A DNA stretch of 59,152 nucleotides, counting the filler, from Dimargaris cristalligena (lineage: Eukaryota), in assembly GCA_003614675.1 (NCBI GenBank). It is 3 parts of 3 records of this genome, joined end to end, with 100 filler letters (N's around TTAATTAATTAA, not from the genome) between each part and the next. Parts side by side here need not be neighbours in the genome. Positions count along the whole stretch, not along the records: positions 19,773 to 39,414 come from ML002721.1; 2 more parts are not named here. One strand, written 5' to 3'. Made by a program: the position numbers and the translations under genes. A model generated the notes under the pieces. That model saw nothing but the letters and a program-made list of their open reading frames with translations. It searched no databases and had not been told where the DNA came from. Below, piece by piece: positions 25,397 to 39,371 of this stretch; within the stretch, counting starts at the first letter, position 1, and each line of letters opens with the position of its first letter.

Positions 25397-26415
25397 ATAC
25401 AAATAAAAAAGGCAGTGTGGTGAAGAAAAGTTCACTACGGGAAGGTAGAGTATGAGACTATAAGGGTAGGAGGGTTGACTACTCAATAAGGATTGCAACT
25501 TTGGGAAGACTTCGGAACGAGCAAGCAAAGGAGACTGGGCTGGTGGGGCTATGGGAGGGTAAAACCCTGACAACAAGGCGAAATGGAATAACCCTGGAAA
25601 ACGAATGAGCTTGGTCTGGACCGGAAAGGTGTATGGAAACAACGGGAGCGTAGTCAGACAAACGGAGACGTGTGCGTTGTGTATGTGAACTAAACTGGGC
25701 CGACTATACCAACTTTTATACCCTTTTCAGGGTCAACTACTAACATCAGTAAGGAGGAGCACCCTCTCAATACCGATAGTCCAGCACTAGTCAGATACAC
25801 CACCACCACCGCTCCTTACAATCGTCCACCACCAACTGAGTCCTGACTACAAGCCGCTTAAATCCAAATGGAACTAGACAAAAACGCCTTCCAAGTAATA
25901 GCCCAATTGTTACAGGCAATACACCACGCCAAAGTCTTCAGCACAGCACATATTCCAGGATTATACCGATAAGCACTTGGAAATCTGTATCATTAACGGC
26001 TAATAAGGGTCTTTCATGGGTGGATTTTATCCGTCTTTTTGGAGGCTTGTTTATAGAAGATTTGGGCTTATTGAACCATTGCCTATAAAGGGCCACCAAA
26101 AACGGGGGAATAGTGCCTGCTTCTTTGTGGCTGCCTGCACCTAGTCCACTTTAATGGGAGGGATTACAGAAGATAGAGTCTCGCTCCGGTTTCGGGCATA
26201 AGCTAAGAAACAGCTCACACCACTCAATGACACCAACCACTGTGTTAAACGGGCCAGGCCACTCACCCGCTAATAGTAGTAGTAGTGTGTGAAGTGTAGT
26301 AGTAGCTCATTGGCAAAACTCGGCTTCAACCTCTATATCATACCCACTTTCTAGTTTCCCTAGTTAACTCAACTCACCCCATTTCCACTTCACCTGTCCC
26401 ATTCCATTACATACT

Positions 26416-28769
26416 ATGCTTCGTTCGCCACTCCCCTCCCGTTTCATGGCGGGGCCCCTACTTCGGCCGGGCCGAATGGCTTCCCCAAGCCGTTTCTTTA
26501 CTCAGAAGGTGGACCCGTCCCTCTTAGCTACCAACCAGGCGGTGGCTTTCCGAGACTATGGTCGACCAGCCGATGTGCTTCGGTAAGTCACCTCATTCGG
26601 GCACCCCTTCCGAAGGTCGTTTCGTCAGTATAAGGTGTTGAGGTGCTTACGTAACCCCCATAACTTCAAGTATCGCCACCGAGGCTATACTTCATCCAGT
26701 TATACCATTATTGATATATATGTATATATATATATATATATACATTGAAGTTTTTACAAACAACATCTAAGTTGCAGATAAGCTAGAGACCATTAACACA
26801 CTCTTATTCACCACCATTGGAACATGCATATATTTTAACCAAAATTAATGGTATTCAGGTTGGTCAACCGGCCCATTCAGAACTTTGGCGACGATAAGAT
26901 CCTGGTTCGCATCCTGGCCGCCCCCATCAACCCCGCGGATATTAACCAAATCGAAGGGGTTTACCCGGCGAAGCCCCCCTTCGAGCCCGAAATTGGCGCG
27001 GTGGCGGGAAACGAAGGGGTGGCCGAAATTGTGGCTATTGGCAGAAATATTCAAGGACAGGGCAATCACCAAGTAGGCAATTTGGTGTTGCCGCTCTACC
27101 GTTCGTTTGGTAAGCCCCGTGCGAGATGATACTAACTGAGTAACTTGACCCCGGTAAATCATATACACCCTCCAGTAAGGTTTACACGTAAAGGCACTGC
27201 TCATTTAACCACCTTAACGAAGGCCCAAAAATAGTAGGAACCCCCGGTATAGCCAATTAACACCGCACCCACCTGTGGTAAATAATTCTATGTTTTTTTC
27301 TTTAAATTACTGCACCTCTCTCTATATCCTCTATAGGCACCTGGCAATCGTACGCGGCCGTGGGGCCTAACGACATCTACAGTTTTGCCCCCCGCAAAAA
27401 AGTCCCGATATTGGGGGTCGCTTCCATGGCCATCAACCCCAGTACCGCGTATCGCATGCTGAATGATTTCGTCTCTCTAATGCCCGGCGATTATGTGATC
27501 CAGTCGGGGGCCACTAGTGCCGTCGGCCAGGCGGTGATTCAGCTATGCAAAATCTGGGGCTATAAAACGATCAATATTATTCGAGACCGGTAAGTAGCTC
27601 GCATAGGCGGTTAACCAAATTTAATATTGCCCAGGTTGCGCGCTTTATATATTGCCTGTCGAATTTGGCCAATGTGGGCAGTTCCAATTGTTTATGAATA
27701 GTAATATTAAAATTGTATCCGGTATTACTTTCGCCAGACCGGACTTAGATACGACCATTAATCACCTAAAATCGCTGGGAGCCGACGTGATCCTCACAGC
27801 CGAACAAATGGGTACGGCTGACACCCGCCAGTATCTCAAAGCTTTGGGCTCGCCCATCAAACTAGGCCTGGATTGCACTGCGGGAAAGGTTGCTTCGGAA
27901 ATCGCTCGTGCGCTTGGGTAAGTCTATGGGGGGGGGATTGCTCCTAGTAGGGAATATTCGATGTGGCCCACATTTCCTGATTTATGAATCTACTGTTGAG
28001 TGGGTGGGTACCGGAATGCGATAGAATAATGCTCTGTATGGGACACCCATTTACGCTACTTCATGACGTCGCAGGCCGGATGCCTTACTTCTCAATCTTG
28101 GCATAATACCAGACGTGGATATTCCCAGGTCATGAATTCTATTAGGCATTTCCTTCAGACTATTTTTCCCTGGGGCTTCGTAATTAGAGCGACATGTCTG
28201 ACCCATTTGCTTCGCAGAGTCTGGTCCACATGGAACCCGCTTCTACAACCGCAACCCTTTTTTTTACCAACCCCCTCACCTAATTTACCTCCTTTACTGC
28301 GTTTCTAATTGATACCACGCCACTGCCTTGCATCCCGTATTTTTGTATACATTTGACCCTGGTCTATCTCAGCCCCGGCGCCCCCCTCGTAATCTACGGC
28401 GGCATGAGCCGTAAACCGCTTTTGTTTCCCGTCTCCTTATTTATTTTCAAGGATATTCAAGTGCGCGGTTTCTGGATGAATCGCTGGTACCAACACTGTC
28501 CCCACCTGGAACGCCAAACCATGTGGGAGGATTTAATGCATTACATGGAAAAGGGGGAGCTGCAGCCGCCCAAGTTTAACACTATCCCTTGGGTGACTTC
28601 AACTCCCACCTCCTCTTCGGCTTCTTCTTCCTCGACATCGTCATTATCGGGGACCGATGGGGAGGGTCTTCTCAAGGCAATCCGAACGGCCATTAATGGG
28701 CCGGATGGAGGCGCACCAGGGACCCCGAAGAAGAATATTTTGATTATGGATTCCGATTATATAAACTAA
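26416..28769 (+). CDS. ETR1: Mitochondrial enoyl-ACP/trans-2-enoyl-CoA reductase (MDR family). Exons 26416-26582, 26859-27109, 27337-27589, 27738-27917, 28373-28769 (415 aa)
   Basis: Arg-rich presequence, APINPADINQIEGVY, GNEGV, GTW, INPSTAYRML, IQSGATSAVGQAVIQ, YGGMS and IFKDIQVRGFWM. All junctions are GT-AG and in frame (1248 nt). Confidence 0.93.
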
Positions 28770-30436
28770 TCCAGAGGAAAAGAGCGAGTGAGACGGCGGC
28801 GGTGAAACAAAGCAAGGACCGGAATTCAAATTGTGGGTCCTAATTTGGGCACCTATTTGCACTCCCTCTCCCCTTATCCTTCACCCCTTCTCTGCCGACT
28901 ATTCGGCCTTCCATGCACACACACTCTCTCTCTTCCTCTTCCATCCCCTTCTCTCCCACCCCTTCCCTCATTTCCGATAGTCCAATCATCACACTTCTGT
29001 CCAGATGCCACTACCGATCATCCCCATTTCTTGGATAGTACTGGCCAAATTTGGGCAGTTCAATTAACTACCATCGACTTTAATCAACTCTTAGGATCCT
29101 CCCCCAAATAATAATAAGCCTCGTGAAAATCATTCATACCTATATTGATAAATACACTTGATACAATTAAACTATATCGCATTTCAAAGAATGCTAGACA
29201 ATGGGAAATCATATGAAACGGACTTTCATATATATTTTAGCCCCCTGACTGAGTTTAGCCAGTCTAGGGCAGTCCCGGCCGATATTGCATACGCCGGCCT
29301 AGAGAACCATAGAGCAATAGGGGAAAGGAGGTAAGCGGAAGGGGGGGAGAATAAAACGACTGCCGACCAGAGCCATTTAAATTAAACCGCCGGTATAATC
29401 GACTATACTCATTCCATGTACAATCGTCTTCAAGTTCTTTCCACCCCTCCCCCTTCTACTCCTTATTACAACAGCTGAAGAAGATGATTTTATTCAGTTG
29501 GACTGATCGAACCAAGTGACTGCGAGCATTCTATCGAAGCTTTAACAGTATTAATCAAGGGGTTAACAGGGGGAGGAAGACAGATTGGGAAGTACCGATG
29601 AAATAGATTGGTGAGTAATTACTGTCCCTATATATATATACATAACAAAAAATGAACGAACTGCTTAGGCCAATATATCGACTGTAACAATAACTGAACT
29701 CCCTATCCAAAAAAGAAAAACAATCCACAAAAACACGAGTTATGAAGCACCTGTAATCGATTATCTTTTTTCGAGATACCAGCTGTAGACGATGCCGAAG
29801 TGCTTGGCAAACTTCGACTACCCCTTGTAATCCCAGTGGGACAGGAGGTGATACAAAATCAATAACTACAATGTCCTGGTTCAGATATACGATGTAATAC
29901 CAGCCCCTCTCTAATAACCATACGAGTATCTACAATCGAAAATGCTTCACATCATCTTGAACAGTCTGCTGGAAAAATACAATTTGGTGCGGATAATCGA
30001 ATATTATTAGGTGGACAGTGATGGCATAATCCATCAGGATGACTAGGAGATATATAGAAACTAAGAGTAAACGGGGGGAGGGGAGCCACCAAACAGGGAC
30101 AACTATTATAGAAGGAAAGTGTAAAAAAGGCATCAAGGGAGACCCTTGTGATTAACCCCAAATAGCCTAGGGCGAACAATATTCGGTGTAGACAACGGAA
30201 CTATTTTGAAACCATGGGTTGGGATGTGAAAATAGAAGAAAAAATAAACAGGGAAATAGATCAACCGAAACGTTAAGCGCAACGGAGGAAAACATGTGGT
30301 TGAGAATGAAGGGGGTGTGGATCGGAAAATCCAAAAGCCAAACAAGAGAGAAATCGGCAAATACGAATTCACGACCCAGAAACCGGAAGCGAAGGCAGCA
30401 TCGGATAAGGGAAGGGAGTATACGGGGGAGGGGGGT

Positions 30437-32014
30437 TTAAAGAGTGAGGTAGAAGGCAAGCGAGGTGAGCGCACCGACAGTCACCTGGCCCAGAATGGAG
30501 GTAGACCCACCGATCACCACCAACCGCGGGGCGGCGGAGGTGCTGTCGTTGTTATCGCTGCTGCTGCTGCTGCCGCCACTACCAGAACCGCTGAGCTTCA
30601 CCGTGGAGTCGGTCTTGTTACCGCAGGTCGAGGCGTCCTTCACCTTGGGAGTGTTGGTCTTGGCCTTGCCGTCGAAGTCGCAGGCCTTGTCACCGCCCTT
30701 ACCGGACGCGGCGTAGGCACTCAGGGCCCAGTTGGTCTTGGTAGTGGCGTCACAGAAGGAGAAGGCACCGTAGGTACCATTAGCACCATCGGCGGAAATG
30801 GGACCACAGTCGATGGCATCGCAAATTACGCCCAAAATATCGCCGACCGCGGAACCGAAGGTCTTGTCGTCGTCACCGCTGGGGGCGATGGTCAACTGAC
30901 AGCTGTAGGTATCCTGGAGACACTTACAGGTTTGGTTGGACGGAGTGGGGGGCAGCTTCTCGCTGGCCGTCCAACTGCTGCTGGAGGAGGGACACTTAAG
31001 GGTCTTGTCGTCCGCCTTGTAGCTGCTCATCGTCGTGCCCTTGGGCTCGACGGCGCTGATGGCCTTCTTGAAATTGGCGTAATCCTGATTGGGGGTATCC
31101 TTACCGTCCTTGATTTCCACCAGACCGTACTCGTTGGATTCTTCGGAGTATTCGTACACCACGCCGCCGGACATGATATCCTGCATGTCCGGGCCGTAGA
31201 TGGACGCAACTTCGTCAAAGGTACGGGGGCGATTGATGTTACAGCCGTATTCGGTGAGGTAGGACGGAATGACGTAGTCCTTGTAGCGTTCCATGGTATC
31301 CTTGTAGCCCGACGTGACGAAATCGGTCTTGGAACCACACCACTGGTAAATATTCACACCGTAAAAGTCGGCGCGGACGGTCGTGTCGCCACAGGCGAAG
31401 AAGTCCTGGAGGGGGTCGCGAATGGCTTCGTCGTCGTTGGTGGCATATCCCACGGGAATGGACAGGTTGGACGCCTTGAGCAGAGCCTTCATGTCCCGCA
31501 GAAGGGCCTTGACAAAGGGGGAAGCATCGGTATTGGAGGGCTCGTTGGAGACTTCATTGCCGGCGATGAAACCGAACATATTGCTGTATTTGGTGAACTT
31601 GCCCATCTTGGTAGCAACATAATTGTACATTTCCAGGGTGTATTCGGGCTCGTTGCGGTTAATGGATTGCTTGGCCGTGCTGACGTCCAAGAGAAGGTAG
31701 ATACCGGCCGCTTCCAAAGCCTTCATACATTCATCGTGGTTGTTCTCGTTCTGCACTTCGTAGACACGCACGACGTTAAGGCCGAGGTCCTTGAAACGGG
31801 CGATATCGCGCTTACAGGCGGTGGTGTCGGCCAAAGGGTCGGTGGTGTTGGTCTTACCAGCACCAGGCTGGTAGGCAATACCCTTGACGTAGAACTGCTC
31901 GCCGGTCTTGGAGTTGAAGAACTTAGAGCCAACGGTCACGATAGGGTCGAGAGCGCTCACCTGGCTAACCAGGGTACCGAGGGCAAGGCACAAAAGGCTG
32001 GTAGTAACTTTCAT
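30437..32014 (-). CDS. GAS1: GH72 1,3-beta-glucanosyltransferase (Gas/Gel family) with Cys-rich X8/CBM43 domain and GPI signal
   Basis: Signal peptide, FYVKGIAYQ, DPLAD...CKRD, catalytic FIAGNEV and LTEYGC, SGGVVYEY, Cys-box, Ser-rich linker and hydrophobic C-terminus. Confidence 0.95.
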   Translation of the reverse strand: MKVTTSLLCLALGTLVSQVSALDPIVTVGSKFFNSKTGEQFYVKGIAYQPGAGKTNTTDPLADTTACKRDIARFKDLGLNVVRVYEVQNENNHDECMKALEAAGIYLLLDVSTAKQSINRNEPEYTLEMYNYVATKMGKFTKYSNMFGFIAGNEVSNEPSNTDASPFVKALLRDMKALLKASNLSIPVGYATNDDEAIRDPLQDFFACGDTTVRADFYGVNIYQWCGSKTDFVTSGYKDTMERYKDYVIPSYLTEYGCNINRPRTFDEVASIYGPDMQDIMSGGVVYEYSEESNEYGLVEIKDGKDTPNQDYANFKKAISAVEPKGTTMSSYKADDKTLKCPSSSSSWTASEKLPPTPSNQTCKCLQDTYSCQLTIAPSGDDDKTFGSAVGDILGVICDAIDCGPISADGANGTYGAFSFCDATTKTNWALSAYAASGKGGDKACDFDGKAKTNTPKVKDASTCGNKTDSTVKLSGSGSGGSSSSSDNNDSTSAAPRLVVIGGSTSILGQVTVGALTSLAFYLTL

Positions 32015-35000
32015 AGTTTAAGTGGGTATTGTGTAGTCAAAACTAGGTGGTGGAGGAGGGACTTGCAAGTCGATTGTGAGGCCTGCTCAGAAAATAATAT
32101 AAAGGCAGAAGGGGATAAGGCGGTAGTGGAACAGAGTCACTTATGAGGGGTTATCAAAACCGTGGTAGAAGCAACTGTAGTACAAAACAGCGCAGACTGT
32201 AGCAAGGGATATTAAGGACCTAGTAAGAAACAATTAATAATAATGATAATAAAAGATAAAGAGCACTAACGTGGGGATTAGTTAAATAAATATGCGAGAT
32301 GTGTGACACCTAGCGGGGAATTACGCTAGCCTATATAGGAGAGGGCGGCCGGAAAATCCTTCGGGAAGCAAGAGGGCTATGGGAAGAAGGGGGAGGAGGT
32401 GACGCAGAACCACAGTAAGATAATAAACGGAATGAGATTCGCAATGTGACCGGCTCAAGTAGAGGGGGTAGGGTGAATATAATAAAGGAGAGATTGGCGG
32501 AAGGTGCGCGCGGTGGAGACGCAGGGGAAAGGAGTTTTTTTACAACTGTTGGATACACTGACACATACACTAAGACTGGGCAGGTCAAGTTAAATGTAGT
32601 GAACGGGGAGGGAGGGAGAGGGGTCCCAATTATATACCGTCAAGGAGAGGTCGGTGGAATGAATAACAACGAGGCACAATGCACGACACTGGGCCGGGAT
32701 TGGGTAAACCGGCCAATCACTTTAAAGGGCGAATCCGACCACAGGGGAGAGGAAGAGGGGATAGGTAGCAATCGCAGCAACGACGTGGGGGTCCAACTGG
32801 GAAGGTGTTCCGAGAAGGGCGAGATAATAATAGTTGGCCTATAAAGCAGCGAAGGAATGCGACAATCCGCTACGCAGAGGATGTATAAAAGGGTGGTTTT
32901 TTATATATAGGAACCGGTCCTTCGAAATGACACAATTTAAATGGAGGGTGGGCTAATGGTGGGGAAAAGCAGGCAAATGCGTGTAAAAAGACTTAGATAT
33001 GGGGGGATGGTAAAAATTGAATTGTAGGAATGAGGCCGATAATTAACCACCGGGTGGTATACAAGGACCTCTATATATATATATATGTAGCACTATATCC
33101 AAGCTATTTTAATTTAGTATGGGAGATATATATAATTGGGCCGAGCCATTTTTATTCAAATCAGATGTATCGTCTTACAGCCAAGGCGGCCGCCAGTCAC
33201 TAGGGGCCCCAGAAATCAACGGGAAGGTGGTGCATACGAGGCCAGAACAGATATTTTGGCGAATAGAAATGGTGCCCCGAGCCAAGACAACTCGGGGGTG
33301 CACCAAAGCATCGCGAATTCCCATTATCGCATCGGGAGATAGTCCCGGCCCCTGTATAGTGAGTTAGATGAACATAGGAGTCCTTGGCGTCGCCATTGCC
33401 ACTATCTGCTACTATACCGCCCACTTATTGTCATTTAAGGGTTGGGGAGTGCAAGTTGGGTTAATCCATACCAAAGTAAGGGAGAGCCGCCCGCCGTTGA
33501 AAACGGGTATTTTTAACGAACCGCGAGTATCAGCAACCGGCCTAGTCAATCAGTCGGCTGACGAGGGTGAGGAGAAGGAGAAGGAGGAGGACTCTCTGCC
33601 GCCTTATCAAATTAGCGCATAGCATAGACCAGCAGTATCAAGTCAGCGGAACTACGTCTGGCGGTTGGGCCAGTGGATGTGGTGGTGTACATGGCGACAA
33701 TCCCTACTGCCACACTTTTGCCTTGCCCGGGGTTCGTCGAAGATTTCTTTTGAAAGTCGTCTATACTTAGCCCTACGGTATGCCGGATGGGAAGATATAG
33801 TGAGGCTCCGCCGTCCCTCTCCTTTTAGTAAAGTGAGACTTCGGCTAAGCCCATCGACTGGGCGAATCCCCTGATATCCGGTCGAAGACCCAGGCCGGTC
33901 TGGCTCCTTTAACACCAGGCCTTTGTAGCCGTGGCCCACTGGACGGTACTTGCCCCTCCCTTTCCCTACCACTTGCCAAACCACTCTATTTCTCTAACAA
34001 TATCCCCCCCCCTCCACTTACTCATGTTTAGGTTGTATTATTTTTCAGTGGATTAGACTGCCCTTACCGAGGACTAATTATCTGTCTGTAAGGCTCATTT
34101 TTCTTGTGTTCAAAATAATTGGGGGTTAGGCTAACTCTATCACTTCAGAACAACAGAAGGGGGGGTATATACTAGCCGAATACGGGGTATTTGGCAGTTG
34201 GTCCATGATTTTACTAACCAGTTGACGCACAGGGATGCATGGAAGGCCCTCTTGGCGTAGCTTCGTGGAATCTCCTATTGGACAAGTGGTTTGCAGGACG
34301 GTATTAGTTGTGGAATAGACTCGCTTGCCTATACATACAGAGCTAGACTGCTCTACACACCCACCCGCATATTCGGACCACGGAACACAGCCTAATGACA
34401 CCATTGCGTAATAGGTGATAATGCGCATCCTTCCTCTTAATCCTCCCTATACACACGCACCCCTTTTCTAGGAAGCTTCCCCTAAAAAGGAAATATGGGA
34501 TGACAGTATGCGGAGAAAAAAAGACTAAGTCATTAAAAAGAGAGTAGCGGAGGAAGGGAAGGCGATAAGACCTGATAGGGGCGGTCATCCGTGTTTGGTT
34601 TCACGTTAGATGGTCCATTCCTAAGTAGTCGACGGAAACAAAAGTGGTACTGACGCTATGCCGTAGATAATCAGCGCTGGGCGGAACAGTGAACCATTTG
34701 GATGGGCAATCCCAGTGGGCCTAAATCCACATTTTACACACACACGCACTCCTTCAGTATCCAGTCGGAGAGACTGGCTGGTCCGTGAAACTAGGCGGTA
34801 GAACCTTTCCTTCTGCAGTTTGAATTAATGTCCGGCTCATCTAGCGACATCAACATATCTCCTGCTAAGGTATGTTTATACGAAATCCCCGCAATCTGGG
34901 CCGTATATCTTGTCGTTCTCTAACCACGGATACCAAAAGAAAATATTAAAATAAAGGAAGTAACCAGAGGCAGAGAAGATTTACGATGAATGCCCGCACT

Positions 35001-35173
35001 ATTGGATCCATATTTCCCACCACGCCGTCCCTCAGGAACCTTCCTATCACATCCCTTCAGTATAATACATTTGGTAAATAAACGGACACATAGACATACA
35101 CTGGGGGGGCTAGCCGATAAATTTAAGCCACACCGTACCGATAGCCATGCTAACTACTAGCCGAGTGTACCGG

Positions 35174-35538
35174 CCAATGTAATTCTCCGGATATACTAAA
35201 CAGCGAGAATCGGGATAGGCTACTCAACGGCCCCCGTGGGCCAATCGGCAGTTTGGAGAAAAACGATGTGCGAGATGATCGGCGCCCAATTCATTGGATG
35301 GGATGCTACACTAAGGAGAGCATTAATGGGGATTGGCGCTCAGAGATGGCTAGAAGAAAGGCCGATCAACCAGGCTGCAGTGCTCAGGAGGGCGAGTATT
35401 GGAACAATGGCCCAACCAATTTGGCCAAGTAGGCAGGTCAATGGGTTGATGTATACATCTGAAAAATGAAAGGGGGGCGCCTCCTACTTACCTGCCTAGA
35501 GTTATTGGCCAATAATCGCCCATATTAACCCTATAAAA
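35174..35538 (+). promoter_or_regulatory. Cluster of nine CCAAT/ATTGG boxes followed by TATAAAA
   Basis: CCAAT at 35174, 35241, 35286, 35416 and 35509; ATTGG at 35293, 35332, 35398 and 35504; TATAAAA at 35532. Confidence 0.4.
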
Positions 35539-36199
35539 TAGGGGAGAGGGTTAAAAATACATGGACTAAAGGGCTCGCAAAAGGAGATACGTATAATTAA
35601 GTTACAAGAGATAGTCGAGTCTGTTTTAATACACCAGTCGGTGTGTAGCGTACGGATGGAAGTCTGGTCTATGTGTGTTCGCTGGATTACATCCGCCAGT
35701 CTAACCCACCGAGTTTAAATTGTTTATCGGGTCTGGTTCCGGATATATTAGTATATCACTGCTCTGGACGGCGAACTCCTGCAGGTACCTTAGAAAGAAT
35801 GGCGATAGTTGATTACTGGCCGCCGAGGACAATACCACCTTACCTCGTCAAATCAAAGCTGTTCACCACCCTGGACGGCATTGTAACTCCGACCAAGCCC
35901 AGGTCTCTCTCCCCTCCCTCAGAGTACTACGTTGAAGGTCTGTGGGTTCATAAAACAACCAATCTCATCTCGCCATAGAGTAACTACTACTACAAACGGC
36001 ACCTAATAGGCCAACTACAATTAGGGTGGGAATAATAGGCGATACTATGCCAATACCATTGCCCACAATTACTGCTGCCTTTCCTGACATCATTTTGTAC
36101 ATTAAATGTCCGTTTGGTGAATCGACAGTGCAGGAAGAGATCGGTAGTTGAAATCGATTACAGACCCCACCCAACGGTCCCAGAGCTGGCCCTGTACTA

Positions 36200-36900
36200 A
36201 GACCAAGTACAATGAAGGCCATAGAATTCGGTCGAATTAGGGGAGGCGTAACAGTGGTCTATACTTCCACAAGTCGATACCTCAACTCAACGTGCTATCA
36301 TCCGCTTCATCCGATAACGGAAGGTGTGTTTACATTCCTTAACGAGACTGAGGACCCCTACCTCGGGCCATTGCGGGATGAATAGGTAGGTATGAAATTA
36401 AGTCACTTGCAAGGTATTGGCATATCTTGTCCAATGATTAGACCCCCTAGGCTTTCCCATAGCCCAACAATCCACCCACTTCGTATTTATTATCAATGTG
36501 CCAAGCTGAGGTGGTATTGTTGTCGCTCCATGAGACTTACAAAAACAACAAGTGTGCCCAACACCATCATCACCCAATGAATTATATGGCTTTGTAATGT
36601 GGGAGAGAGAAGAAAAACCACCTAAATCCTCAAGTACCTCATGGGGTATACATGTGTTTGAGGATGCGTACAATAGCTTTGGGGGCATCCGCTGTGATAC
36701 GAAGATACGGTCGGGTCGGAAAGACCGACCATTTCGAAGCCAAAGAGGTGGGAGATGTACCTGTAAAAGGGTAGTGGTGATACAGGTGGCTAGAGTCAAG
36801 CAGAATGGGTCGAACGTTTAATGAGCTAAAAATAGACGGCGCCCCTTAAGCCACTGGTATCAGATTAGACATGACGCCCAGGAACATGCCCCTCATCCGG
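36200..36900 (-). mobile_element. Possible highly degenerate non-LTR retrotransposon (APE endonuclease) remnant
   Basis: Minus-strand fragments ...TSPT / RNGRSFRPDRIFVSQ resemble the endonuclease T...SRIDRIFVS motif, and PNSTEFY lies downstream. Frames are broken. Confidence 0.3.
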
Positions 36901-39371
36901 ACGGTAGGCCTAGTGACGGAGGCGGGACCTACCTATTTTTCGGAGAAAGGCGTGCTTAGCGATGCTAACTCTCTGCCATTTAGTGGCCTTTAGTGGCGGG
37001 TGAAAATATAGATATATAATAATTAATAAAAGGAAGAGAATAATTCGTTATAATAGGGTAATATGCGTAGAATAATTTATATTGAAGGGGGTCTGGAGTG
37101 AGCCATTTATTTAAATGCCCGCCCAGTAATTGCGGAATAAGCCATCGGAAACGGGTATAGCCATGATAGCAATCGGAGAGGAAAAAGGGGCGGGCGACCC
37201 CCTGGTGGTACTTGGACGGCCGTCACTATCGCGCGGCGGCAAAACGAAAGCGCGGGTAGATAGATTATCGGGCCCAAATAAGCGGGGCGGCAAGTGTGGG
37301 CCCAGTTAAAGAACATCATTGACGGGCTTGGACCCCGGGCAGCCACAGCTCCCTAGCGGAATCGATATTTGCCATGGCCTTCTTCGATTTCTCTCGCTGG
37401 CGGCCGACTTTTATTATTTCACCCCTCCCCCCGCTCTCGCGAGCCCACTCGCCAAACGGAAGCAGTCCAACCATACCCCTCTCTCCGTTAGCATTGACAG
37501 ACAGCCAAAGAAAGAGGCGGGAAGTCAGCGAAAGCGGGGGAAGGGCCAATGGACAGGCTAGAGCCGCACCGAAGAGAGGGTAGAGGAGGGGAGGGGAAAG
37601 GAAAGGGGCCCCGGGCTCGCCAAGTTATGGTGGATGAGGGCCCGAGCAGGGTGAAAATTAGAGAGGGATCACCGCTTTCTCTCTCTCCACTTCTCCGTCG
37701 CCCTCATGGGCCAAACCACACAGCACAGCCCTAACTAAGCTAAGGCTCTGCACACTAGGCGGGATTGCTCATCTTCCTCCACATCCACATCAACTCACAC
37801 GCATTTAAATACATGCATTCCCGGCCCCAACGTTGAGGCTCCGCTTTTATTATTCCACACTTCTGGGCAAGCCCACTCTCCAACAATATAACTAACTTCA
37901 TTCAATGCACTCTCCTCATATTTTACTTGGCTTTTCTCTCTCTCTCTTTCTTTAAATACTACTTCGAACTACTAGACTGAGTTTAGTTGACTAGCTCTTC
38001 TATAGCTCTTACCTGCTTCGTTCAACGTCGTTGTTGCAAGGTTCGTTAGCAGCCTATTTATTACTTATTTAATATCCTTCCCTCTCTCGTACACCGCACT
38101 CCTATATTATACCCCAAACCAGGTTGCTCGGATTACATAATCCGCACCCCCTCCCTCTACCCGGACAAGAGCTGAGAATACATATCCATATATACACGGT
38201 CTAACGCTTCTCTCGGCTCCCCTCCCCCTGCCTACCTGTTTGCCCCCCTCCACTATCGGTCAATGCACGTTGCCTCTCTCAGTAACACCAACGGTAAGCG
38301 TCCTATCATATTTTAACTAGCCACTCCCCCACCCATTCCACCCACTTTTTTTAGTGCCGCCAATTTGGTTGGTTTTGTTTTCCCCTCAATGTATGCGCAT
38401 ACATGCATGTATGCCCCTCACTTTCCCTTTTTCGTTACCGCGCTGCATTCTAGTTGCCGGCGTTTGGGCCTGCGTATTTGCCTATAAATATCCGTTTACC
38501 CGCCACAGCCGCATTCATTCACACTCGTTCGCTCCCCTGACCCACCCACCCACACCCACTTTCGACATTTCCTTTGGGTCCCCTGCAACTGCAAGCACTT
38601 TTTGTATGCCTCCCCTTACTCTATATATGACCTTCTTGTCTAGTTTGTGCCGGCGGACTAATATTCCTTCCCCCTGTTTTAATTACACCCACTATTTCCC
38701 CTAATCTACAGTGTACGTACTCGTCCAGTGCCTACCATTAAATATATATCTATATAATATATAGATATCTTATTTTTTGTATTCTCTGCACTATTTTTAG
38801 CACTTGGCCTTTTCAAGCCCTTGTTTTGTACTGGCCCTGGTTGGCCCTGAATTTCCCGTATTCCTTCCCCACACCCTTCCCTACTCCAGCATCAACTGTG
38901 CCTTAGGTAGGTTGCCCAGCATCTGCCGCTCTCTGGCTCCTTCGCCAGTACTACCCCCCCCCCCCGCTTCCTTCTCCCTACCTCCTTGGACTCCCCCCCT
39001 CAAATGACCATGACCCAGAATCCTCTACCATCTAACAAGCCCAGTACAATACACTCCGAAGTTCCAAGGCCGAAGTGGCGGACCAGGGTAGTGGAGGCCG
39101 CCGCGCATAAGTGTGTGAAAATGAGATAAAATGGACAGTGGCGACTTACCTGTATGTCAGTGACAGAGTGAGAGCAGCTGGTGAGACTATCCCAATTAAA
39201 GGATACGAGGCTAAGACCAGGTTGCCGAGAAGGGTGGGTAAATCGGGGGTGGATTGATGATAGATTATGGAAGTAATCAGCCTGTATATTATTATTACGG
39301 AGGGAATGAGACGGTAAATCACAACGGGCATAGGGCAAAGGGGAATAAGTAAGGAAATTGGAATAGTGGGA

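Noticed and set aside
30296-32146. 616-aa plus-strand ORF fully antisense to the GH72 gene
   Set aside because: GTG start, V/G-rich composition and no motifs. It is the expected antisense shadow of a strongly codon-biased gene.
39149-39209. Minus-strand ag|...|gtaagt exon-like segment (LVSFNWDSLTSCSHSVTDIQ)
   Set aside because: No supportable neighbouring exons or recognisable product
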